Part shown: piece after piece, positions 36,533 to 43,709 of the stretch
Layout of the letters: each line of letters begins with the position of its first letter
How positions within the stretch are numbered: position 1 is the stretch's first letter
Source of the DNA: an uncultured Rikenellaceae bacterium
GTDB taxonomy: Bacteria; Bacteroidota; Bacteroidia; Bacteroidales; VadinHA17
Reading direction: 5' to 3'
DNA length: 43,709 bases
Assembly: GCA_964500155.1 (NCBI GenBank)
Contig: CAZCQC010000335.1
Location: forward strand, 1-43,709
Notes under the pieces: model-generated
What the model saw: the letters and a program-made list of their open reading frames with translations, nothing else
The model's database searches: none
Told to the model about the DNA's origin: nothing
Position numbers and translations under genes: made by a program

Positions 36533-37606
36533 ATGATGCATATTGCGATCATCTGTAAGACATTTTTGAAGGGAGGAGCCGAAAAACAGGCTTTGATCCT
36601 GACTAAATTGCTTGTTGATAAAGGAATAGATGTAATACTCGTAAACTGGTACGGGGAAAAGGTTGATCAGCGGAATCTTAAATTCATCAGCGATAATTCT
36701 ATCCGTTATTATCCGATGAGCGGAGGCTACCTGAAGAAACTGAATAAGTTCCAGAAAATATTAAAAGTTGATGAGATCTCGATAATTATTTCTTACCTGA
36801 CACTGGCTAATTTCGTTTCAGGGGTAAGCAAGATCCTGAACAGGAATGTTATAACCATTGGAGGGATAAGGAACGAAAGGCTTCCTTATTACAAATTCCT
36901 GTTTGAGAAGCTGATCCACAATTATCTTAACGATGCAACGGTTTTCAATAATTTTTCTGCCAAAGAAAAGTTTGAAAGGAGAGGGTTTAATCCCGATAAA
37001 ATATATGTAATCCAGAATGCTATTGAGTTAAAAAATCCACAACCGGATTCAAAGTCATCCAATGGTGAAATTAAGATTATTACTGTAGGGCGTTTTGTTA
37101 AGCAAAAGGATTATGAAACAGCTCTGAAATCTTTCAGTAATCTTGTTGAAAGAAACAAGGACAGGCAATTCAGTTATTATATTGTCGGTTATGGTCCCCT
37201 CGAGAAAGATGTAAGATCGATTGCTGAACAACTTAATATTGACAATAAAATAAAAGTATTTATTAATCCTCCCGATGTTCCGGCCATTCTTAAGAGCAGT
37301 GACATTTTTCTAAGTACATCACTGTTTGAAGGCGTTTCAAATTCTATAATGGAGGCTCTGGTAGCCGGACTACCTGTTGTTGCAACTAATGTCGGAGATA
37401 ATAGTTACCTTGTTAAAAACGGGAAAAACGGCTTTCTTGTGCCGTGCAGGGATGTTGAAACCATTGTTGACAAGCTTGAATACTTGTCAGGTTCAGCAGA
37501 AAAAAGAATTGAATTCGGAAAGAACAGCATAAAGGTTGTTGAAACCGAGTTCTCCAAGATGAAATTGCTGGACAGCTATTTAAGTCTTTTCTCAAAATTA
37601 CAGTAG
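36533..37606 (+). CDS. Glycosyltransferase family 4
   Basis: Motifs present: IAIICKTFLKGGAEKQ; VGRFVKQKDYE; and LSTSLFEGVSNSIMEALVAGLPVVATNVGDNSYLVKNGKNGFLV. Confidence 0.85.
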   Translation: MMHIAIICKTFLKGGAEKQALILTKLLVDKGIDVILVNWYGEKVDQRNLKFISDNSIRYYPMSGGYLKKLNKFQKILKVDEISIIISYLTLANFVSGVSKILNRNVITIGGIRNERLPYYKFLFEKLIHNYLNDATVFNNFSAKEKFERRGFNPDKIYVIQNAIELKNPQPDSKSSNGEIKIITVGRFVKQKDYETALKSFSNLVERNKDRQFSYYIVGYGPLEKDVRSIAEQLNIDNKIKVFINPPDVPAILKSSDIFLSTSLFEGVSNSIMEALVAGLPVVATNVGDNSYLVKNGKNGFLVPCRDVETIVDKLEYLSGSAEKRIEFGKNSIKVVETEFSKMKLLDSYLSLFSKLQ

Positions 37607-37739
37607 ACAATTTGCTTTTTACTTTCCTGTTTCAGGAACAATCAAAACATCATCGGAATGTTTCGGAGATTCCTGAGATCTTAATTAATCTATAAAACAT
37701 AACATCAAAACCATAATGCCATAGGGGCATTAAACAATA

Positions 37740-38840
37740 ATGAAAATAGGAGTAATTGGAACGAGGGGATTTCCTGAAATACAGGGAGGACTGGAAACAC
37801 ACTGTCTGGAACTTTATACCCGTTTAGCAAAAAAATATAATATTCAGGTTACCGTCTACAGGAGAAAACCTTATCTGAATGAAAAAAACAATGATTCAGT
37901 TTATCCGAATATCAGGTTTGTTGATTACCACGTTCCAAAAAGCAAGAATATAGAGACATTTATTCATACTTTTCTGGCTACGTTCCATGCCCTGTTTCAA
38001 CGGTACGACATTGTACATTTTCATAATACCGGTCCCGGTTTCTTTATTCCCCTGTTAAGATTATCCCGCACAAAAATTGTATTTACATATCATAATGTAA
38101 GCTACACTCATAAAAAATGGGGCGCATTTGCCAGAAGCTTTCTCACCATGTCAGAAAGAATCAGCGTGAAAAACTCAGATTATATAATTTTCATTTCAGA
38201 GTTTTTAAAATCTGAAGTGGCGAAGAAATATGCTCTGGGAAGCAGTAAAGTGATTTCAAATGGCGTTAATCTGCCTGTCAGAGCTGCAAATTCAGATTTT
38301 ATTGAGTCTCTCGGCCTTGAAAAAAACAAGTATCTCATCGGAGTGGGAAGGTTTCTTGAGGAAAAGGGATTTGATTACCTGATCAGGGCATATGGGAAAA
38401 CGGGGGTTAATGATTATAAATTAGTCCTGGTTGGCGACACTGATTACCCTACAGATTATTCAAAAAAACTACGGGCCCTGGCTCTGAAAAACAATATTGT
38501 ATTGACAGGATTTATTAAAGGTGATAAGCTGCAGCAGGTTTTTTCCTTTGCCAGGTTGTTTATTATTGCATCGTATTCTGAGGGTCATCCTATTGCATTG
38601 CTTGAGGCAATGAGCTATAAAACTGATGTGCTTGCCAGCGATATCCCGGCGAATTTGCAGGTTGGGCTTGAGAGTAGAGATTACTTTAAGGTTGGTAATG
38701 AGGATGACCTTAAAGAAAAGATATTGGCAAAGTTATCAGGGCAAGGTGAACGGGATTATAAAGATTTGTTATCATCAAAATATAATTGGGACACCATTGC
38801 AGGTGAGACATATGAAATTTATAATAATCTTATACCTTAA
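37740..38840 (+). CDS. Glycosyltransferase, GT4 with DUF1972-type N-terminus (paralog of 31461-32558)
   Basis: Motifs present: MKIGVIGTRGFPEIQGGLETHCLELY; VGRFLEEKGFDYLIRAY; and IASYSEGHPIALLEAMSYKTDVLASDIPAN. Confidence 0.8.
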   Translation: MKIGVIGTRGFPEIQGGLETHCLELYTRLAKKYNIQVTVYRRKPYLNEKNNDSVYPNIRFVDYHVPKSKNIETFIHTFLATFHALFQRYDIVHFHNTGPGFFIPLLRLSRTKIVFTYHNVSYTHKKWGAFARSFLTMSERISVKNSDYIIFISEFLKSEVAKKYALGSSKVISNGVNLPVRAANSDFIESLGLEKNKYLIGVGRFLEEKGFDYLIRAYGKTGVNDYKLVLVGDTDYPTDYSKKLRALALKNNIVLTGFIKGDKLQQVFSFARLFIIASYSEGHPIALLEAMSYKTDVLASDIPANLQVGLESRDYFKVGNEDDLKEKILAKLSGQGERDYKDLLSSKYNWDTIAGETYEIYNNLIP

Positions 38841-38842
38841 AT

Positions 38843-39859
38843 ATGAAACTTAAAGGAGGCATAATTGGACTCGGTAAAATGGGTATTTCCCACGCAGCGA
38901 TTGTAAGTCCTCATCCATCCGTTGAAATGGTTGCAGTATGTGACACTTCGACAATCGTGCTTGACGTGTTCAGAAAATTCAGCAGTGTGAAACTGTACAA
39001 TGACTATGTGAAAATGATTGAAAAAGAAAATCTCGATTTCGTGGTCATTGCTACACCTACAAGACTGCATTACCCTATGGTAAAGTATGCTCTGGAGAAG
39101 GGACTTAATGTCTTTTGTGAGAAGCCATTCTGCATGAATACAAATGAAGGCAGGGAACTTGAGGATCTGGCCGGAAAGAAAAAGTTGATCAACCAGGTAA
39201 GCTATCATAACCAGTTCGTGGGAACATTCCGTGAGCTGAAACGACTGCTGAAAGCCGGCATTATTGGTGAACTGATTCATTTTACAGGAGAGGCATACGG
39301 AAATGTTATTACAAGTGACAAGGGAGGTACATGGCGGTCAGATCCCCATGAAGGGGGAGGATGTTTGCTCGATTATGCCTCACATGTAATTAACCTTATT
39401 CAGGAAATAATCGGCAGACCGGTTAAGGCTGACGGTTCTGTTATGAAGAACATCTTTTCTTCCACTGTGGAGGATGCAGTTTATTCTATGCTGATCCTTG
39501 AAAGTGGGCTGAGCGGAGTTCTTTCAGTCAACTGGTGTGATGAAACATATCGTAAAATGTCAACCACTGTGTCAGTCCAGGGGAAAAAAGGAAAAATTAT
39601 TTGTGATGCTACAGAGATCAGGATTTACCTGAATGAGTCAAATACCAGGGAAAAACTTGATAAAGGATGGACGATAAAATATATTACTGAACTGGCAATC
39701 CCCGTTGATTTTTATCTCCGGGGTGAAGAATACAGTGCTCAGATTGACCATTTCATCCGGTGTGTAATTAATAAGAAACAGACAGATATAAATTCATTCG
39801 AACAGGCTTTATATACCGATAAAGTGATAGAATTAATAATTGAAGATTCAAAAAAGTGA
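38843..39859 (+). CDS. Gfo/Idh/MocA-family NAD(P)-dependent oxidoreductase
   Basis: It has a Rossmann N-terminus (KGGIIGLGKMGISHAAIV) and the family motif DFVVIATPTRLHYPMVKYALEKGLNVFCEKP. Confidence 0.8.
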   Translation: MKLKGGIIGLGKMGISHAAIVSPHPSVEMVAVCDTSTIVLDVFRKFSSVKLYNDYVKMIEKENLDFVVIATPTRLHYPMVKYALEKGLNVFCEKPFCMNTNEGRELEDLAGKKKLINQVSYHNQFVGTFRELKRLLKAGIIGELIHFTGEAYGNVITSDKGGTWRSDPHEGGGCLLDYASHVINLIQEIIGRPVKADGSVMKNIFSSTVEDAVYSMLILESGLSGVLSVNWCDETYRKMSTTVSVQGKKGKIICDATEIRIYLNESNTREKLDKGWTIKYITELAIPVDFYLRGEEYSAQIDHFIRCVINKKQTDINSFEQALYTDKVIELIIEDSKK

Positions 39860-40722
39860 AAATGATGGATAAAGTATTATTCGGTGATAATCAGTTTTTC
39901 GCCGTTAGTCATATGTCTGACGAAAAATCGAGGGAACAGGCAATCCGGTTCAAGGATGATGCCTCAATAATCCGTGTCCTTGACCAGGCAAGAGAAGTCG
40001 GGATAAATACATTCATGTGTACAACACACGACAGGATCTCAAATGTATGTGACCATTTCCGGAGTCATCCTGAGAAATACAGGGGATTTAAGTTCTATCC
40101 ATGTATGCCATACGCTCATAAATATGCAAATGCGGTTACAGAACATGGCTATTTAGGTACAATAAAGAAATATGTTCCGGGTAATCTGTTCGGTACATTT
40201 GCAAAAGGAGGGCTGGCTTATGTTACAAAGGATTTCATTAGCCTTATGGAATTGCTGGTAGATGCTGAGATGAAAATGTTCAAAGGGGTCGAAACCCCGG
40301 TTATATTCATCCAGAATGTACTTGTCGATCTCATTCTGGGCCTGAAAATGTTTGAGGTATTCAGGGAATATGATATGTACATCAGAAAAAAATATAATGC
40401 TGAACCGGGTTATATCACGATGAACCTGCCTGCCATGTATGATGCCCTTGAATCAGTGGGAATAGGAAATCCGATAATCTGCAGTTCAATAAACAAAATC
40501 GGATTCCGGATGCCGGGAGGAAGGGAACTTTACGAGAAATATCTGACTGAAAAAACTTTTCGTCCGATAGCAATGCAGGTACTTGCTGCAGGGGCACTCC
40601 GACCGAAAGAAGCAATAGAATATCTCAGCCATTTTCCAAGAATTGAATCTGTACTTTTTGGCGCCTCCTCTAAAACACATATTCAGGAGACAAAGGAACT
40701 TATTGAGTCTATGCTGAAGTAG
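39856..40722 (+). CDS. Hypothetical protein coupled to the oxidoreductase (possibly TIM-barrel/aldo-keto-reductase-like)
   Basis: The 288-aa ORF has codon usage similar to its neighbours. The GTG at 39856 overlaps the upstream stop, and an alternative ATG lies at 39862. I recognise no strong motif. FGDNQFFAVSH...ASIIRVLDQAREVGINTFMCTTHDR is loosely AKR-like. Confidence 0.55.
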   Translation: MKMMDKVLFGDNQFFAVSHMSDEKSREQAIRFKDDASIIRVLDQAREVGINTFMCTTHDRISNVCDHFRSHPEKYRGFKFYPCMPYAHKYANAVTEHGYLGTIKKYVPGNLFGTFAKGGLAYVTKDFISLMELLVDAEMKMFKGVETPVIFIQNVLVDLILGLKMFEVFREYDMYIRKKYNAEPGYITMNLPAMYDALESVGIGNPIICSSINKIGFRMPGGRELYEKYLTEKTFRPIAMQVLAAGALRPKEAIEYLSHFPRIESVLFGASSKTHIQETKELIESMLK

Positions 40723-40789
40723 AACTGACATTGTGGTGAGTATGGCGATAGCCTGCTGATAAAGCTCAACTCTTAAAATTGTATATTGG

Positions 40790-40828
40790 AACCTGATATT
40801 TCCTAAGGGATTATCAGGTTTTTTTTTT
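40790..40828 (+). terminator. Rho-independent terminator
   Basis: AACCTGATA (40790-40798) pairs with TATCAGGTT (40812-40820), with extra TCC/GGA pairs inside, and a T10 run follows. It lies 68 nt after the stop at 40722. Confidence 0.75.
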
Positions 40829-40911
40829 AATTTTGAGCCACATCAATTTATTTCCGGAGGATTGTAATTTGTTCATAGCCAGAATACAATCTTTTATAGG
40901 AAGATAGTATT

Positions 40912-41448
40912 ATGAATTATTTTAAAAGGATCTGGGAAAGCATTTATAAGATTCTGATGCTCAAAGCCAGCGATGAAAAAAGAATAAGGTACCTGCGAAA
41001 TCTTGGAGTGAAGATCGGAGAACGCTGCAGAATAAGAACTATGTCATTTTCCACTGAGCCCTACCTTATTGAAATAGGCAATCATACTGCGGTTGCTGCA
41101 GGAACGCAGTTTATCACACACGATGGAGCAACCTGGGTGTTTGAGGATGATGTTGACGGGGGCGGTATTTTTGGAAAGATCGTGATAGGCAACAATGTTT
41201 TTATTGGAATAAATTGTATACTTCTTTCAAACACATCGATCGGTGATAATTGTATTGTAGGTGCCGGAAGTGTAGTCAGGGGACATTTCCCTGAAAATTC
41301 AGTTATTGCCGGTAATCCAGCTCAGATAGTATCAAAAACAGGCATTCAGAGGATGCTCTCAAAACAAAATGAGGGGCTCCTTAAAACCCGTAATTTCACC
41401 ATTTCTCAGAAAGACAAGCTAGTTAAAGACCATTTCGGCATCAAATAA
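40912..41448 (+). CDS. Hexapeptide-repeat acyl/acetyltransferase (left-handed beta-helix)
   Basis: The repeat region reads IGNHTAVAAGTQFITHDG...IVIGNNVFIGINCILLSNTSIGDNCIVGAGSVVRGHFPENSVIAGNPAQIV. It lies downstream of the terminator, so it is probably a separate transcript. Confidence 0.75.
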   Translation: MNYFKRIWESIYKILMLKASDEKRIRYLRNLGVKIGERCRIRTMSFSTEPYLIEIGNHTAVAAGTQFITHDGATWVFEDDVDGGGIFGKIVIGNNVFIGINCILLSNTSIGDNCIVGAGSVVRGHFPENSVIAGNPAQIVSKTGIQRMLSKQNEGLLKTRNFTISQKDKLVKDHFGIK

Positions 41449-41693
41449 AGGATCGGAACTATACTGCTATAACCCGGCACCATTGTTTTTTTAACAAATA
41501 GCTGTTAATAAATAGTTGGCCTTTTGATCAACGGTCATATTATTGTTATGAATCGCTTAAATTCATTGACGTTCATGCAAAATCCGGTGATATTAGTATT
41601 TCATGCAGGGGAATTACTCAAGGAATTGTGATGCCAGAAGTTGACTTGAAGGCTATTAAATCATATTTTTACCACGGTGGAATACAATCCTGA

Positions 41694-43709
41694 ATGAGAC
41701 CTCTGGTTTCAAATATTTTTTTTGTCCTGTTCCTTTGGATATCAGGAGTTACCTCGGCTGAAGCTCAGGGAACCCGGATTGATTTCAGTACAATTCCTAA
41801 AAGCGGTACGATACTTATTTATGCTCATATGGATGATGATCTGATATGGATGCTCCCCTTCTGGAGAATATCAGAGAAGTTTATTGGTGGCGCAATGCCA
41901 GCAACCACAACCTACAGGACTATTGTCAGCCAACAGCAGAGTTTTCTGAATAGTAACGGATATAACATTGATTATCAGGCGAACTGGTATACGCCCTGGG
42001 ATGATATAAGCGATAAGGAATATACCGAATATTATTGGGGTGCCAATACTTCATATAATTATCTTCTAAACGACCACCTGGAAACACGTCTGTTTAACAA
42101 TACAACTGAGCTTTCACGTTTCGAGATCAATAAGATAAAGGCTAAGTTGGAACAATACTTCTCTGATCCTTCAATGAGAAGGGTGATAACTCACAACAAC
42201 TGGGGAGAATACGGGCACCAGCATCACAAGGCTCTGAACAAGGCCGTCAGGGAACTGGCTGTAAAATACCGGAAGGATGTCTGGATGCTGGGCTGCAACA
42301 GTGGTGATTTTATTGACGTAACGGTTCCCAATGGAATTACTTACGCTTATGGCAGTTTCAATACCCCATCGCTGTACACAGGAATAAGGACGATATATTC
42401 CAATAATGGACGATGGACCTGGTACACTGACAGGGTCCCTTCGGGAGACCATAAATTCATCAGGATCGTTGAAGCCGGAAGTGATAAATCTTATATTCTC
42501 AAGGGTGATCCGATCACCTATCCCGGACCATCGCAGCAGGAATCCGGGGCATATATTTTTGATGGGGACGATGATTATATGACCCTTAAGGGGAATAATA
42601 ATTCATCCTTTACAATATCTATGAGGGTTATGCCTGACCAGATTAGGGAGATGGATATCTCCGCCATGTCAGAGTATCCGACTTCAGGGAAAAATGACAG
42701 GAATCTTTACTTAAACAGCGAAGGACGAATAATAGCCCGGATCTATGACGGGAGCTCAAAAGTTATCACTTCCTCGACAAGGATTTCAGCAGCTACCTGG
42801 ACACATATTACCATCTCCGGAAACGGCAGTAATTTTAAACTTTATGTTAACGGGACTCTCGATAGAACCATTGCAGCGGGAGTTGCTATTACTAATTTCT
42901 CAACTCCTGAGTTGATTCTGGGTCAGGCCACTCAGACAGGCACATATTTCAGGGGACAGATCTATGATGTCAGGATGTATAACCGTGCCCTTTCCGATAA
43001 TGAAATTGCCCAGTTAAGTGGTAAAGGATACACCATAACATCGAATGCCGGAACAGGAGGAACAATAACCCCTTCGGGCTCCATTGCCGTCGGTGCGGGA
43101 TCATCCATTTCATTCAGTATCAGAGCAAATTCAGGATACAGGATAGCTGATGTCAGAACAGATAATGTTTCCAGAGGGGCAGTAACCTCATATGAATTCA
43201 GAGATATTTCCGGCAACCACACAATCACCGCAACCTTTCAGCGCATAGCATTTTCAATTTCAGCTGTTGCCGGTACTGGCGGCAAAATAGATCCTGAAGG
43301 TAAGATTACAGCTGATTACGGATCAAAACGGGTTTTTACAATTAAGCCCGGTAATGGCAACAAGATCTCAGATGTCATGGTCGATAATGTATCAGCAGGC
43401 CCTATGTCGGAATATACATTTGAAAATATTATATCGGACCATAGTATTTCAGCAACTTTTGCCCCGCTTTTATATAATATAGAGAGCATTGCCGGACAGG
43501 GCGGTACTATTAGTCCGACAGGAATGACCGGTGTTCTTCATGGCAATAATCAAACCTATTCAATCACTCCTGCCAGAGGTTATCAGATAGAAGAAGTAAT
43601 TGTGGATAATGTTTCCCTGGGTGTAGTTACAAATTATTCTTTCAGGGACGTAACCTCTGACCATTCAATCTCTGTCCGGTTCCACCCACTGACACTTACT
43701 GTGACAGCC
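41694..43709 (+). CDS. Secreted PIG-L/LmbE-like deacetylase fused to a LamG (concanavalin-like) domain and InlB-type B-repeats; 3' end lies outside the window
   Basis: This ORF is not in the supplied track because it has no stop in the window. I translated it by hand from the ATG at 41694 and found it open through 43709 (672 codons). The signal peptide is MRPLVSNIFFVLFLWISGVTSAEAQ. PIG-L-like motifs are ILIYAHMDDDLIW and NNWGEYGHQHHKAL. The LamG-like part reads FDGDDDYM...FTISMRV...ATWTHITISGNGSNFKLYVNG...FRGQIYDVRMYNRALSDNEIAQL. At least four ~75-aa repeats follow (GGTITPSG...GY.I..V.VDNVS.G....Y.F..I...H.I.A.F). Confidence 0.75.
   Translation, partial: MRPLVSNIFFVLFLWISGVTSAEAQGTRIDFSTIPKSGTILIYAHMDDDLIWMLPFWRISEKFIGGAMPATTTYRTIVSQQQSFLNSNGYNIDYQANWYTPWDDISDKEYTEYYWGANTSYNYLLNDHLETRLFNNTTELSRFEINKIKAKLEQYFSDPSMRRVITHNNWGEYGHQHHKALNKAVRELAVKYRKDVWMLGCNSGDFIDVTVPNGITYAYGSFNTPSLYTGIRTIYSNNGRWTWYTDRVPSGDHKFIRIVEAGSDKSYILKGDPITYPGPSQQESGAYIFDGDDDYMTLKGNNNSSFTISMRVMPDQIREMDISAMSEYPTSGKNDRNLYLNSEGRIIARIYDGSSKVITSSTRISAATWTHITISGNGSNFKLYVNGTLDRTIAAGVAITNFSTPELILGQATQTGTYFRGQIYDVRMYNRALSDNEIAQLSGKGYTITSNAGTGGTITPSGSIAVGAGSSISFSIRANSGYRIADVRTDNVSRGAVTSYEFRDISGNHTITATFQRIAFSISAVAGTGGKIDPEGKITADYGSKRVFTIKPGNGNKISDVMVDNVSAGPMSEYTFENIISDHSISATFAPLLYNIESIAGQGGTISPTGMTGVLHGNNQTYSITPARGYQIEEVIVDNVSLGVVTNYSFRDVTSDHSISVRFHPLTLTVTA

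Noticed and set aside
37624-37638. Perfect small palindrome TTCCTG-TTT-CAGGAA after the GT4 gene, plus the AATGCC..GGCATT hairpin just before 37740
   Set aside because: The stems are short (6 bp) and no downstream T-run follows. This is insufficient for a terminator or operator call.
38837-39280. A 147-aa ORF on the - strand overlapping the start of the Gfo/Idh/MocA gene
   Set aside because: It is antisense to a gene with clear Rossmann and family motifs, and its own product has no recognisable features.
41449-41693. Possible terminator or sRNA in the gap after the last acetyltransferase (T7 run near 41496)
   Set aside because: I could not find a convincing GC-containing stem preceding the T-run, so I make no call.
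42171-43228. The - strand ORFs 42171-42452 and 42962-43228 listed in the track
   Set aside because: Both lie inside the long + strand open frame (41694 to the window end), which encodes coherent PIG-L, LamG and repeat domains. They are antisense artefacts.

Overview
AT-rich window that looks Bacteroidota-like, judged from T9SS sorting signals and the absence of Shine-Dalgarno-style spacing. No rRNA, tRNA, CRISPR array, transposase or integrase was recognised. There are three blocks. (1) 1-9096, + strand: a tightly packed four-gene T9SS cassette. It holds two paralogous repeat-rich adhesin-like cargos with type-B (gliding-motility-associated) C-terminal domains, a PorP/SprF-family membrane protein, and a PD40/PKD/OmpA_C protein. 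(2) 9136-17350, - strand: two tandem paralogous secreted proteins (right-handed beta-helix, PKD-like, discoidin-like, type-A T9SS C-terminal domain) and a membrane-anchored DUF218 (ElyC/SanA/YdcF-like) protein carrying an inserted carbohydrate-binding-like module. (3) 17904-41448, + strand: a roughly 23.5 kb Wzx/Wzy-type surface-glycan locus read on one strand. It encodes a flippase, a Wzy-like polymerase, about 10 glycosyltransferases, a CapE/FnlA-like dehydratase, a UDP-GlcA-4-epimerase-like SDR, three hexapeptide acyltransferases and a Gfo/Idh/MocA oxidoreductase. It also encodes three poorly understood components: a radical SAM protein with a SPASM/twitch-like C-terminus, a formyltransferase-like/beta-propeller fusion, and an unknown 288-aa protein coupled to the oxidoreductase. 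After the locus comes a signal-peptide-bearing PIG-L/LmbE-like deacetylase fused to LamG and InlB-type B-repeats, which runs off the 3' edge. The observations I rate highest are the uncharacterised enzymes inside the glycan locus, the secreted enzyme-like proteins flanking it on both sides, a G8 tract at the 5' end of one glycosyltransferase gene, and the two-cargo type-B T9SS cassette. All family assignments come from reading motifs by eye; no searches were run.
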